From Methanothermus fervidus DSM 2088 (GTDB lineage: Archaea; Methanobacteriota; Methanobacteria; DSM-2088; Methanothermaceae): DNA of 32,000 bases. Both the position numbers and the translations under genes were made by a program. Below the pieces are notes generated by a model. The model made no database searches and was not told the origin of the DNA. It worked only from the letters and a program-made list of their open reading frames with translations. The stretch covers positions 90,001-122,000 of the forward strand of contig CP002278.1 of the NCBI GenBank assembly GCA_000166095.1, written 5' to 3'. Position 1 is the stretch's first letter. Each line of letters begins with the position of its first letter. This document shows, piece by piece, positions 1-9,365 of this stretch.

Positions 1-509
1 ACCCCATCTTCAACTATTAACGATGTTATCATTATTTCATCCATTGTTTGAATTTCACGTCTTATTATTTCTTCTTTTAATGCAGTTATTATTTCTAATC
101 CGGTTCTATCTCCATGATAACATGTTCTTCTATAGCTTTGTCCTCCAAATGGTCTTTGGTCAATTTCACCTGATTCTTTACGGTCAAATATTGCACCATA
201 ATTTTCAAGATCTATCAAACGTTTTGGAGCTTCTTTTACAAGTATTTCAACAAGCTTAGAATCATTTAAAAAACTTCCTCCTTTTATTGTATCTATATAA
301 TGAGCTTCAAAACTATCATCTGGATCTACAGTGCCTAATACTGCGTTGTAACCACCTTCAGCCATTCCTGTACATCCTGATTTAAATGATAATCCTTTAG
401 ATACTATTAATGGTTCTAAACCATTTTCTGATACTTCTATGGCTGCTCTGCACCCTGCTCCTCCGGAACCTATAATTAAGACGTCGCATTCAATTATTTC
501 GCTTTCCAT
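1..509 (-). CDS. tfrA: Thiol:fumarate reductase (CoM/CoB) subunit A / succinate dehydrogenase-type flavoprotein, N-terminal part; gene runs off the window edge
   Basis: Hand translation of the minus strand gives MESEIIECDVLIIGSGGAGCRAAIEVSENGLEPLIVSKGLSFKSGCTGMAEGGYNAVLGTVDPDDSFEAHYIDTIKGGSFLNDSKLVEILVKEAPKRLIDLENYGAIFD..., with the FAD-binding GSGGAG motif and fumarate reductase flavoprotein pattern. Open to the window edge and not in the ORF track. Confidence 0.85.
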   Translation of the reverse strand, partial: MESEIIECDVLIIGSGGAGCRAAIEVSENGLEPLIVSKGLSFKSGCTGMAEGGYNAVLGTVDPDDSFEAHYIDTIKGGSFLNDSKLVEILVKEAPKRLIDLENYGAIFDRKESGEIDQRPFGGQSYRRTCYHGDRTGLEIITALKEEIIRREIQTMDEIMITSLIVEDG

Positions 510-532
510 AATTTAAAATTTTAAAAAAAGAA

Positions 533-540
533 CATATAAA
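533..540 (-). promoter_or_regulatory. Putative TATA box of tfrA (TTTATATG), centred about 27 nt upstream of the ATG
   Basis: Spacing matches the archaeal TATA-to-TSS distance and there is no Shine-Dalgarno before the ATG at 509. Confidence 0.5.
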
Positions 541-589
541 CATTGTTAATTACTCATCATTAAAAAATTTTATTATATTATTACAAATT

Positions 590-650
590 GAATCAGAGTA
601 GAACGCCTTCATCATTCTAAAACCATCAGACACATTTGTCATCATTTTTC
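590..650 (-). ncRNA. Candidate C/D box sRNA 1
   Basis: Minus strand: GAAAA-ATGATGA(645-639)-CAAATGTGT-CTGA(629-626)-TGGTTTTAGA-ATGATGA(615-609)-AGGCGTTCTACT-CTGA(596-593). All four boxes are exact and the D guide is 12 nt. Confidence 0.75.
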
Positions 651-663
651 TCATAGAATAAAT

Positions 664-722
664 TAATCAGATTTCACCTCCTTCATCATAACAAAATTCA
701 GAGAAAGGATTCATCATTCTAC
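664..722 (-). ncRNA. Candidate C/D box sRNA 2, in tandem with sRNA 1
   Basis: Minus strand: ATGATGA(717-711)-ATCCTTTCT-CTGA(701-698)-ATTTTGTT-ATGATGA(689-683)-AGGAGGTGAAAT-CTGA(670-667). Same 9/12 guide geometry as sRNA 1. Confidence 0.75.
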
Positions 723-748
723 ATTATTTATTTTACTAAAAAACAATT

Positions 749-757
749 ATTTATAAC
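749..757. promoter_or_regulatory. Near-symmetric TATA element (ATTTATAAC) positioned for both pyrF (+) and the tandem C/D sRNAs (-)
   Basis: Plus TTTATAAC is about 33-36 nt from the pyrF start. Minus TTATAAAT predicts a TSS near 725, just before box C of sRNA 2. Confidence 0.4.
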
Positions 758-785
758 TTAGCTAAATGTAATCATTCAAAAAATT

Positions 786-1454
786 TTGGTGATAAAATTG
801 AAAATAAAAAATAAACTCATATTTGCAGCTGATTTGGATAATTTAGATGAAGTAAATAACATTTTAAATCAAATATCAAATTTAATTAACACTGTAAAAA
901 TTGGATATCCATTAGTTTTATCAGAAGGTATAGAATGTATATCCAAATTTAAAAATTTAGGTTATAATGTAATTGCAGATTTCAAGGTGGCAGATATCCC
1001 AGCAACAAATAAAAAAATATGTAAAATAACTTTTGAAAAAGGTGCGGATGCTATAATTGTCCATGGTTTTGTTGGTAAAGATAGTGTGAAGGCGTGTAAA
1101 GACATTGCAAAAAAAATGAATAAAGAATTATTTTTAGTTGTTGACATGTCACATCCAGGATCAAGACAGTTTTTAGAAAAAAACTCTAAAGAAATAGCTA
1201 AAATAGGATTAGAATTAGGAATAAAAAATTATGTTTTACCATCTACAAAACCAAAAATTGGATTAGAAATACGTAAAATTCTTGGAGATGAAGCATTTGT
1301 AATATCTCCTGGGATAGGAGTACAGGGAGGTGAAATAAAAAAAACATTAAAATTTGCTGATGCAATTATAGTGGGTAGGAGTATCTACCAATCAAAAGAT
1401 CCAATGACAACCACAAAAAAATTAATTAATCATATAAATTTAGCTATTTCATAA
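786..1454 (+). CDS. pyrF: Orotidine 5'-phosphate decarboxylase (true start may be GTG 789 or TTG 798)
   Basis: VKIGYPLVLSEG, VIADFKVADIPATN, GADAIIVHGF, PGIGVQGG and DAIIVGRSIY match archaeal OMP decarboxylase motifs. Confidence 0.95.
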   Translation: MVIKLKIKNKLIFAADLDNLDEVNNILNQISNLINTVKIGYPLVLSEGIECISKFKNLGYNVIADFKVADIPATNKKICKITFEKGADAIIVHGFVGKDSVKACKDIAKKMNKELFLVVDMSHPGSRQFLEKNSKEIAKIGLELGIKNYVLPSTKPKIGLEIRKILGDEAFVISPGIGVQGGEIKKTLKFADAIIVGRSIYQSKDPMTTTKKLINHINLAIS

Positions 1455-1933
1455 GATATTTCAAATAATAAAAAGTAAAAAAATGTTTCAAGCTGGAAAA
1501 CATTGATGAAAGCCAGGATCCCTACAACTATTTTTAATACACATCTATATTCAAATAATTTTTTAATGAGAATGTTTTTAAAATACACTGAATTTTCATG
1601 CCATATTTCATCCATATATGCTGCTAATGCACAAATTAACATGAAAATGCTTAATGAAGGCATGCCAAGTATAAATACAACTAATAAAAATATTATGGCT
1701 GTGAAAAAATGTGGAGGTGAATCTACTTTACCTGCGAGAAGTGTACCCAGAAATATGCCAAAAAAAATTTGAGCTGCATCACTGCTCACAGTGACCAAAA
1801 TTCCTAATAATATTCCACAGATTATTCCAGCAATTATACTCACATCATAATTCCTATGCATGTCCCAAGCATCATCAGAAATTTTCATTAAAAAACCACT
1901 TATAGGGTAAATCAATGCTTCTATCAACATCAA
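1430..1933 (-). CDS. Conserved hypothetical multi-pass membrane protein
   Basis: 167 aa with four or five hydrophobic segments; overlaps the 3' end of pyrF convergently. Confidence 0.7.
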   Translation of the reverse strand: MMLIEALIYPISGFLMKISDDAWDMHRNYDVSIIAGIICGILLGILVTVSSDAAQIFFGIFLGTLLAGKVDSPPHFFTAIIFLLVVFILGMPSLSIFMLICALAAYMDEIWHENSVYFKNILIKKLFEYRCVLKIVVGILAFINVFQLETFFYFLLFEISYEIAKFI

Positions 1934-1935
1934 TG

Positions 1936-2850
1936 TTAACCCTCGTCAATTGCTGCAGCAACCAATAGAGGAAATATTATCGTTACATCTCCAACTACTG
2001 TAACCAAATCTGCATTTGCCCTTGCTTTACCCCAGGATATTGCTTCTTCTAATGGTGCACCGCTAAGACTACCTCCTTCACCTCTATCAGTTGTTATTTG
2101 TATTCCTGCATCTATACCGCCTCTTAATATTGTTGAAGCTATTGTATAATGTTTTGGAAGTCCTCCACCAAGTATTATTGCTCCTATTTTTTTAGAACTG
2201 AATACAACATCTGAAAGGTGATGCATATCAGCCACAGCATCTAGATGTAACTCATTTTCTTGTGTGAACATCCACAGTTGAAGTCCAATCATGCTGTCAA
2301 TTATACCTGGAGAATAAATTGGAACATTTTTTTCTGTGGCATTTTTTATTATTGAATTTTTATCATCCAGATATTTCCCTATCTCATACAACAATTCTCT
2401 AATTGATATTATTTTTTTCTTTTTTGCTATTTTTTTGAATATAATGTTTATTTTTTCTTCAAAAATTTCAAAATCATCTGATTTTGTATATATATCACCT
2501 ATTCTCCCTATGCTTTTTTTTCTTAATTTTTTATCATCAAAACCTTTACCACGATAGTGTGCACCGCCAAATGCCTCAAGAAGATCGTGAGTCAGGTTTG
2601 CACCACTACTTATAATTACATCTATTTTTCCTTGTTTTACAAGATCAGCTATTATTTGTCTCATGCCTCCAGGAACAAGTGGACCAGCTAAACTTAAAAA
2701 TACATTCATGTCTTTATCATTAAACATCTTACGCAAAATTTTTGCGGCTTTATAAACCTTTCCGGCACCCAGAACACGAGACTTACCCATTTCATTAATT
2801 AAATCAGAAACTTTCATTTTAGGAAAAATTTTCATATGTGTAATTCGCAA
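1936..2850 (-). CDS. dys: Deoxyhypusine synthase
   Basis: SSGANLTHDLLEAFG, YSPGIIDSMIGLQLW, GGGLPKHY, DRGEGGSLSGAPLEEAISWGK and VVGDVTIIFPLLVAA are diagnostic. Confidence 0.95.
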   Translation of the reverse strand: MRITHMKIFPKMKVSDLINEMGKSRVLGAGKVYKAAKILRKMFNDKDMNVFLSLAGPLVPGGMRQIIADLVKQGKIDVIISSGANLTHDLLEAFGGAHYRGKGFDDKKLRKKSIGRIGDIYTKSDDFEIFEEKINIIFKKIAKKKKIISIRELLYEIGKYLDDKNSIIKNATEKNVPIYSPGIIDSMIGLQLWMFTQENELHLDAVADMHHLSDVVFSSKKIGAIILGGGLPKHYTIASTILRGGIDAGIQITTDRGEGGSLSGAPLEEAISWGKARANADLVTVVGDVTIIFPLLVAAAIDEG

Positions 2851-2863
2851 GTACTTGCCTCCA

Positions 2864-3745
2864 TTATGACTTAAGACCGGCTATCAATGTTAATATATCA
2901 GTTCGGGTTACAATGCCAACAGGTTTTCCATTATCTACAATAATGAGTCTTCCAATATTATTTTCAGTCATTATATTTATTGCATCATAGATGTTCGTAT
3001 CTTTTTCAACTGTTATAACTCTTTTAGACATTATTTCTGAGATTTTACATTTTTCTTTTTTCTTTGCCACCGAATTAACAATGTCTGTCAATGTTACTAT
3101 ACCTACTACCTTGCCTTTTGATACAACTGGAGCACCATCTATTTTATTCTCTGATAAAATTTTTGCAGCAGTTCTTACATCCATTTCTGGTTTTAATGTT
3201 ATTAATTTTTGTGATCCTACCTCAATAACTTTTTTCTTTGGAATACTTCTGATACTCTCAGTGTCTAATAATATTACATTGTCTAAGTCATCTCTGCCTA
3301 CAACAATTCCATCTATTGTTAATTTATTTACAGGTGTTGGTCCTACTCTAATTTTATCTCCAAGTTCTAATTTTTTTATATCTCCCATTACTTTTATAAC
3401 AGCTTCACATTCGCCAGGATGTGGTATACTTGTAAATTCAATTTTTAACACTGATAAGTTCTCAACTTCTCTACCATTTTTGTAAATTGGTACTTTTACA
3501 CCCTTCTCAATTACAGGAATATTTAATTCATAATAAGCTTTTATAGTTGGTTTATAACCACCCCTAGGTCCAGGAACTCCTTTAACCAATCCTAAACTAC
3601 GTAAAGCTTGCATTTGATTCCTTATTGTTCCAGGATTACGATTTAATTTTGATGCTATTTCCTCACCCTTAATGGATCTACCTTTTGAATCATGATATAA
3701 TTGTACTAATGTTTGAAGAATTTCTTTTTGTATAGATGTGAGCAT
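2864..3745 (-). CDS. Transcriptional regulator-like protein with N-terminal winged-helix domain and two C-terminal CBS domains
   Basis: N-terminal GEEIASKLNRNPGTIRNQMQALRSLGLVKGVPGPRGGYKPT (wHTH); C-terminal tandem CBS repeats VSKGKVVGIVTLTDIV and VDNGKPVGIVTRTDIL. Confidence 0.85.
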   Translation of the reverse strand: MLTSIQKEILQTLVQLYHDSKGRSIKGEEIASKLNRNPGTIRNQMQALRSLGLVKGVPGPRGGYKPTIKAYYELNIPVIEKGVKVPIYKNGREVENLSVLKIEFTSIPHPGECEAVIKVMGDIKKLELGDKIRVGPTPVNKLTIDGIVVGRDDLDNVILLDTESIRSIPKKKVIEVGSQKLITLKPEMDVRTAAKILSENKIDGAPVVSKGKVVGIVTLTDIVNSVAKKKEKCKISEIMSKRVITVEKDTNIYDAINIMTENNIGRLIIVDNGKPVGIVTRTDILTLIAGLKS

Positions 3746-3812
3746 TTCAAAATCCTCCTAAAAAAACTCAAAAAGTTTTCAATTAAAATTATATATCCTT
3801 TAAAAATATATG

Positions 3813-3827
3813 TTATGTTCAACATAA
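3813..3827. promoter_or_regulatory. Operator-like inverted repeat TTATGTT-C-AACATAA upstream of the HTH-CBS gene promoter
   Basis: Perfect 7-bp arms with 1-nt spacer, about 20 bp upstream of a TATA-like sequence. Confidence 0.4.
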
Positions 3828-3951
3828 ATTTCCAAGTTATAATAATTTTATTGTTAATTTATTATAAATCAAAAAACAAAAAAGCAATAAGTATCAATAA
3901 ATTTTTATCTTTTTGAATAGAAATTAAAATTTAAACAGAGTTGGTGATGTC

Positions 3952-4245
3952 ATGTCAAATTTAAAGGATAGAGTCAGAGAGGCATTAACAAAAGTTGCAG
4001 ACCCTCACATGGGGATTAATATAGTAGATATGGGGCTTATAGAGAATATAGAAATAATAAAAGACAATAAAACTATTGCAAAGGTCACAATAAAACCTAC
4101 GAATCCTGCATGCATGAGCGCTGCAAAAATGGCAATGGATGCAAAACAAATGGTTGAAAATGTTGAAGGTGTCGATAAAGCAGAAATAATAGTCACTGGC
4201 CATTTAATGAGCGATGTCATCAACGAAATGGTCAATAAAGAATAA
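3952..4245 (+). CDS. MIP18/DUF59-family iron-sulfur cluster assembly protein
   Basis: VREALTKVADPHMGINIVDMGLIENIEI...IKPTNPACMSAAKMAMDA. Confidence 0.85.
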   Translation: MSNLKDRVREALTKVADPHMGINIVDMGLIENIEIIKDNKTIAKVTIKPTNPACMSAAKMAMDAKQMVENVEGVDKAEIIVTGHLMSDVINEMVNKE

Positions 4246-4252
4246 TTTTTAT

Positions 4253-4807
4253 GTGGCTGTTGTTGGAGTACCTGGAGTTGGCAAAACTACTATCTGTAAG
4301 AAAGTTTCAAAAAAAATAAATCTACCATATATAAATTATGGAGATCTAATGTTAGAAATCGCAAAAAGAAAAAAATTAGCAGGGGACGATAAAGAACTTT
4401 TTAGTTTGGACATTGATACACAACGTAAAATATGGGAAGAAGCTGCTATTAGAATTAGGAAAATAGATGCAGCGATGATTGACCTACATGGAGTTGACCA
4501 ATCGCCAATAGGTTATATAATTTCATTACCAATCAATTATATTGTTCCAAAATTAATAATATTGGTTGAATCAGAACCTGGCCAAATATTGTTACAGAGG
4601 AAAACAGACACAAAAATGAGGATAAAAGATACATTAAAGACTTTAAAGGAACATATAAATATATTAAGAATTTCAATGATCATATGTTCTTCAATGCTTG
4701 GAAGTAAGTTATATATATTAAAAAATATTAAACTTGAGGAGTCTGTTAAGGAAATGGCATGGGTTATAGAAAAAGAAAAAGATATATATGAGAAATGTAA
4801 GATGTGA
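4253..4807 (+). CDS. adkA: Archaeal-type (AdkA-like) adenylate kinase; likely GTG start at 4253, the track ORF starts at 4214
   Basis: VAVVGVPGVGKTTICKKVSKK P-loop, INYGDLMLEIA, DLHGVDQSPIGYI..LP and LIILVESEPGQILLQR pattern. The 4214 start would overlap the upstream gene by 32 nt. Confidence 0.7.
   Translation: MAVVGVPGVGKTTICKKVSKKINLPYINYGDLMLEIAKRKKLAGDDKELFSLDIDTQRKIWEEAAIRIRKIDAAMIDLHGVDQSPIGYIISLPINYIVPKLIILVESEPGQILLQRKTDTKMRIKDTLKTLKEHINILRISMIICSSMLGSKLYILKNIKLEESVKEMAWVIEKEKDIYEKCKM
4781..4790 (+). promoter_or_regulatory. Putative BRE/TATA of tRNA-Ile nested in the 3' end of adkA (GAAAAAGATATATAT)
   Basis: TATATAT centred about 27 nt upstream of tRNA position 1. Confidence 0.5.
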
Positions 4808-4813
4808 TAATGA

Positions 4814-4888
<75 letters not shown>

Positions 4889-4896
4889 CTAACATT

Positions 4897-5952
4897 TTAA
4901 ATTTCGTTGGTAAATTTTACAAATTCTTTTAATTTTTTCAATGCTTTGCCTTCTTTAACTATTTCTCTTGCAATTTCTGTACCCTCTTCAAAATCTTTTA
5001 CAGTCCCTGCTAAATAAAGTAAAGCACTTGTATTTATTAACGTAACTTCTAATCTTGCTTTTTCTTTTTCAGTGTCATCTTTTCCTTTTAATACATCATA
5101 AAATATTTTTAAACTTTTATCAATACTATTTGGAGCTTCTATTAATTTTATTTCTCTTCTTTCTACACCAAAATCTTCAGGATATAATTCTTTAATTTTA
5201 ATTTTTCCATCATCTAAAATTGCCGCAAGTGTCAAGCCTGCATTAGAAATTTCATCTATAGCCGGATTTCCGTTTTCATCAAAACCATGTATAACCATTG
5301 ATCTTTCTGAGCCTAATTTTTTCAATGCATTAGCAATTTTTTCTACATATTTTGGATCAAAAACTCCTAAAAGTTGAATAGGGGCTCTTGCAGGAGATGT
5401 AAGTGGGCCTAAAATATTAAATACGGTTCTTATCCCTAGTTTTTGTCTTATTGGCATTACATTTTTCATTGCAGGATGGTATTCTTGAGCAAAAATAAAT
5501 CCTATCCCTATTTTTTCGATACATTTAGACACTTTTTCAGGTGGTAGGTTTAGTTTTACTCCAGCAGCTTCTAATATATCAGCACTGCCACATTTACTTG
5601 TGACACTTCTATTACCATGTTTTGCAATTGGAACACCGGCTGCAGAGGCTACTATAGCAGCTGCAGTACTTATATTAAATGTTTTGAATCTATCTCCACC
5701 TGTTCCACAACTATCAACGACTTTTAAATTATTAGGTATTTTTATAGGTATGGATTGTTCTCTCATGGCTTTTGCAAATCCTGATATTTCATTTGAAGAT
5801 TCTCCTTTTGTTGCTAAACTAGCTAAAAATGCTGCTATTAAGATATCATCTGATTTTCCAGACAAAATTTGTAGCATGCACTCATATGCCTCACTTTCTG
5901 TTAGAGATTTATTTGAAACTATTTTCTTAAGGTACTTTCTCATGGATGGCAC
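4897..5952 (-). CDS. trpD: Anthranilate phosphoribosyltransferase
   Basis: VVDSCGTGGDRFKTFNISTAAAIVASAAGVPIAKHGNRSVTSKCGSADILEAAGV. Confidence 0.96.
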   Translation of the reverse strand: MPSMRKYLKKIVSNKSLTESEAYECMLQILSGKSDDILIAAFLASLATKGESSNEISGFAKAMREQSIPIKIPNNLKVVDSCGTGGDRFKTFNISTAAAIVASAAGVPIAKHGNRSVTSKCGSADILEAAGVKLNLPPEKVSKCIEKIGIGFIFAQEYHPAMKNVMPIRQKLGIRTVFNILGPLTSPARAPIQLLGVFDPKYVEKIANALKKLGSERSMVIHGFDENGNPAIDEISNAGLTLAAILDDGKIKIKELYPEDFGVERREIKLIEAPNSIDKSLKIFYDVLKGKDDTEKEKARLEVTLINTSALLYLAGTVKDFEEGTEIAREIVKEGKALKKLKEFVKFTNEI

Positions 5953-6754
5953 TCCTTGTTGCGTTTTTCATTTCTTTAATCCATCTTGATATTATATTTA
6001 ACAATTCAGGATTTCCTATATTCTTACCTATTAAATCAATTAAAGCACTTCCAACAATTGCTCCATCTGCACCAGCATTAATTACTTCTCTTACATGCCA
6101 AGGTTTTGAAATTCCAAAACCAACTAAGACAGGGAGAGGACTAACTGATTTCACGCGCTTAATTAAATCTATAGTTTCCTTCTTTATTTTTTTCCTAGCT
6201 CCTGTGACTCCCATAACAGATACTAAATAATGAAAGCCAGAAGAATATTTAGAAATCATCTTTAATCTTTTATTACTAGTCGTTTGAGCTATTAGAAATA
6301 TTTGATGTAGTTTATATTTTCTAGCAGCTTTTACAGCATCTGAAGCTTCTTCTGGTGGCAAATCAGCTATTAATATTCCATTTACACCACAATTTTTAGC
6401 TTTTTTATAAAAATTATAAATTCCTTTTTGATAAACTAAATTATAATATAACAATAAACCTATTGGAACTTTAACATGCTTACGAATTTTTGATACAAGC
6501 TTAAATCCTTTTTCTACAGTCATTTTATTCTTTAAAGCTTGTACATTTGCATTCTGTATTGTAGCACCATCTGCTATAGGATCAGAAAATGGAAAACCTA
6601 TCTCTAATGCATCTGCACCGCTTTCAACCAAAGTTCTTGCAATTTTGATTGAAGTTTTTAAATCAGGGTATCCAGCAACTATAAATGGCATCAGTGCGCC
6701 TTCATTTTTTTTCTTTAACCTTTCAAACATCTCAGGATAATCTTCATATCTCAT
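5927..6754 (-). CDS. trpA: Tryptophan synthase alpha chain
   Basis: [44 protein letters not shown] and [11 protein letters not shown]. Confidence 0.96.
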   Translation of the reverse strand: MRYEDYPEMFERLKKKNEGALMPFIVAGYPDLKTSIKIARTLVESGADALEIGFPFSDPIADGATIQNANVQALKNKMTVEKGFKLVSKIRKHVKVPIGLLLYYNLVYQKGIYNFYKKAKNCGVNGILIADLPPEEASDAVKAARKYKLHQIFLIAQTTSNKRLKMISKYSSGFHYLVSVMGVTGARKKIKKETIDLIKRVKSVSPLPVLVGFGISKPWHVREVINAGADGAIVGSALIDLIGKNIGNPELLNIISRWIKEMKNATRSAIHEKVP

Positions 6755-7929
6755 TTTTCCACTCCCAAAGCTTTAGCTACGATAAACATGTCTTTATCTC
6801 CTCTTCCAGAAAGGTTTATGACTATTGTTTTGCCCTTGTTCTCTGGCTTCTTTGCATATTTTTCAGCTAAAGCTACTGCATGTGCACTTTCAAGTGCTGG
6901 CATTATTCCTTCATATTTTGATAAAAGTTTAAAACCTCTTAAAGCTTCATCATCATTGACTGATACATATTTCACTCTGCCAATATCCTTTAAATATGCG
7001 TGTTCTGGTCCTACTCCTGGATAATCTAAACCAGGAGCTATGGAATATGTCTCCTTTATCTGTCCGTCTTCATCCTGTAATATATAAGATAGAGAACCAT
7101 GAAGTATTCCTTCTTTACCTGCACAAAGAGTAGCTCCATGTTTTCCTGTATTTAAACCTTTTCCACCAGCTTCAACACCAATAAGTTCAACATCTTCATC
7201 AATGAATGGAGCAAATATTCCAATAGAATTACTACCTCCACCAACACACGCAATAATCACATCAGGTAGTTCTCCCTCTTTTTTAAGTATTTGTTCTTTA
7301 CATTCCTTACCAATAACACTCTGGAAATGCTTAACCATCGTGGGATATGGGTGGGGTCCTACAGAAGACCCAATAAGATAATGTGTATCTTCAACATTCG
7401 CAATCCAATCTCTCATCGCTTCATTTATTGCGTCTTTTAATGTTCTTGATCCAGAATCGACAGGTATAACTCTTGCACCTGTTACTTCCATCCTAAATAC
7501 ATTTAATTTTTGTCTTTCAACGTCTTCAGAACCCATATATATATCCACCGACATTCCAAGGAGAGCACCTACAGTTGCAGTGGCTATTCCATGTTGTCCA
7601 GCACCAGTTTCAGCTATTAATCTGCTTTTACCCATATATTTTGCAAGTAATCCTTGCCCAAGTGTATTATTTATTTTATGTGCACCCGTATGTAGTAAAT
7701 CTTCTCTTTTTAAATAAATTTTACAGCCTAATTTTTTTGAAAGATTTTCCGCATAGTAGAGAGGAGTTGGCCGCCCAGCATATTCTCTTAAATAATAATT
7801 AAGTTCCTTATTGAACTTTTTATTATCTTTATATCGTAAAAATGCTTCTTCTAATTCCTCTAATGCTGGAATCAATAATTCAGGTGCAAATACTCCTCCA
7901 TATTTCCCAAATTTTGTATTGAGAATCAT
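6751..7929 (-). CDS. trpB: Tryptophan synthase beta chain (track start at 7956; [12 protein letters not shown] start at 7929 preferred)
   Basis: [40 protein letters not shown] and [10 protein letters not shown]. Confidence 0.96.
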   Translation of the reverse strand: MILNTKFGKYGGVFAPELLIPALEELEEAFLRYKDNKKFNKELNYYLREYAGRPTPLYYAENLSKKLGCKIYLKREDLLHTGAHKINNTLGQGLLAKYMGKSRLIAETGAGQHGIATATVGALLGMSVDIYMGSEDVERQKLNVFRMEVTGARVIPVDSGSRTLKDAINEAMRDWIANVEDTHYLIGSSVGPHPYPTMVKHFQSVIGKECKEQILKKEGELPDVIIACVGGGSNSIGIFAPFIDEDVELIGVEAGGKGLNTGKHGATLCAGKEGILHGSLSYILQDEDGQIKETYSIAPGLDYPGVGPEHAYLKDIGRVKYVSVNDDEALRGFKLLSKYEGIMPALESAHAVALAEKYAKKPENKGKTIVINLSGRGDKDMFIVAKALGVEK

Positions 7930-7939
7930 TTGACCACCT

Positions 7940-8596
7940 TTAGCATTTTTTCGCACTGTTTATTGCCTCTATTATCTTTTTATGAATTTTAATACCTGGG
8001 GAAGATTCCAAAGAAGAATTGAAATCTACACCATCAAAAAACATTTTAAAAATATTTTGTTTGCTTTTAACCTTTTCTGGCGACATTCCACCAGCTATAT
8101 AAACTTTTAAATTTTTATTGGCATTTTTAGCAATTTTAGATGCTTTTTTTGCTAAATTAAATGGAATTTCAATGCCTGTTCCGCCTGTTTTTCCTTTCAA
8201 TTTATAATCCAGAAGTAAAGCATCACACAATTTTGAAAATTTTATTATTTCATTTTTTAATTTTTTTGAAATGTTATTTGAAATTCCTATAGCTCTTATT
8301 ATCCTCAAATCATATTCTTTTAAATTCTCGATATCTTTCGGTGACAAAGAATGTAACTGTATATTTTTAATACCTGTCTGCTTGTATTTATCAATAACCT
8401 CTTTAACTGTTTTTGGTTCTAAAACTAACACAGCTTTATTTTTATTTTTTAGATGTGAAAGCAAATGTTTGATCTTTTCAATATTTACAAATCTTGGTGA
8501 CCTTTTGACATTTATAAATCCTATATAATCAGCACCATATTTTTCAGCTACTTTAAGGTCTGAGACTCTTGTTATTCCACATATTTTAACTTCCAC
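7940..8596 (-). CDS. trpF: Phosphoribosylanthranilate isomerase
   Basis: [10 protein letters not shown]...[15 protein letters not shown]...[14 protein letters not shown]...[12 protein letters not shown]. Confidence 0.93.
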   Translation of the reverse strand: MEVKICGITRVSDLKVAEKYGADYIGFINVKRSPRFVNIEKIKHLLSHLKNKNKAVLVLEPKTVKEVIDKYKQTGIKNIQLHSLSPKDIENLKEYDLRIIRAIGISNNISKKLKNEIIKFSKLCDALLLDYKLKGKTGGTGIEIPFNLAKKASKIAKNANKNLKVYIAGGMSPEKVKSKQNIFKMFFDGVDFNSSLESSPGIKIHKKIIEAINSAKKC

Positions 8597-9365
8597 AAGA
8601 ATCCTCCATAACTATATTTTTTAAATTTTTTACACAATTTTCAATATTTTTACATGACATTACATATGTTCCAACAAGTACAGCATCTGCTCCGTACTCA
8701 TATAGTTTTTTAACATCTGCTGGAGAACTTACACCACTTTCAGAAACTAAAATTGCATCTTTAACAAAAGGTGCCAATTTTTTTGTACGTTCTAAATCAA
8801 TTTCAAAAGTTCTTAAATCTCTGTTGTTTATACCAATAATCTCTGCACCTGCATCCAATGCTCTCTCAATTTCTTTAGAATTTTTACATTCTACTAAAGG
8901 TTCCATACCTAGAGACCTACACAATTCTATCCCTGAGGCCAAATCAGGATAGAGATCTGCTATCAAAAGTACAGAACTAGCACCATTAACTCTTGCTTCA
9001 TAAATTTGATATTCATCAATTATAAAATCTTTTCTTAAAATTGGTAAGTCAACAAGTGAGGATGCTTTTCTTAAATATTCAATACTGCCATCAAAATATC
9101 TTTCTTCAGTTAATATTGATATAGCGTCACATCCTCCCTTTTCAAATGCCTTCACACAATATTCTAAACTTTTACGTGAAATTTGACCTTTAGATGGTGA
9201 TGCTCTCTTGTATTCACATATTAACGAAAATTTACCTTTTAAAAATTTTTTAAAATCTTTAGGAGGTTTAGCATCTTTTAACTCATATTTTAACTTTTTA
9301 ATTGGTTTTTTATTCATTCTATTTTTTAAATCTTTTAATCTTTGTTTTACAATTTTGTTATACAT
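8586..9365 (-). CDS. trpC: Indole-3-glycerol phosphate synthase
   Basis: LICEYKRASPSKG, ISILTEERYFDGS, PILRKDFIIDEYQIYEAR, IGINNRDLRTFEIDL and SESGVSSPADV. Confidence 0.96.
   Translation of the reverse strand: MYNKIVKQRLKDLKNRMNKKPIKKLKYELKDAKPPKDFKKFLKGKFSLICEYKRASPSKGQISRKSLEYCVKAFEKGGCDAISILTEERYFDGSIEYLRKASSLVDLPILRKDFIIDEYQIYEARVNGASSVLLIADLYPDLASGIELCRSLGMEPLVECKNSKEIERALDAGAEIIGINNRDLRTFEIDLERTKKLAPFVKDAILVSESGVSSPADVKKLYEYGADAVLVGTYVMSCKNIENCVKNLKNIVMEDSCGS

Noticed and set aside
553-720. Short reading frames through the sRNA pair (for example MMNPFSEFCYDEGGEI* and MRKMMTNVSDGFRMMKAFYSDSICNNIIKFFNDE*)
   Set aside because: The repeated ATGATG motifs themselves create the ATGs. The exact box periodicity is better explained by C/D sRNAs, though ribosome profiling would settle it.
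1493-1530. TGATGA followed by AAGCCAGGATC, resembling part of sRNA 3 (TGATGAAGGCCAGCGTC)
   Set aside because: No CTGA box at the right spacing and it lies inside a conserved coding region on the other strand; treated as coincidence.
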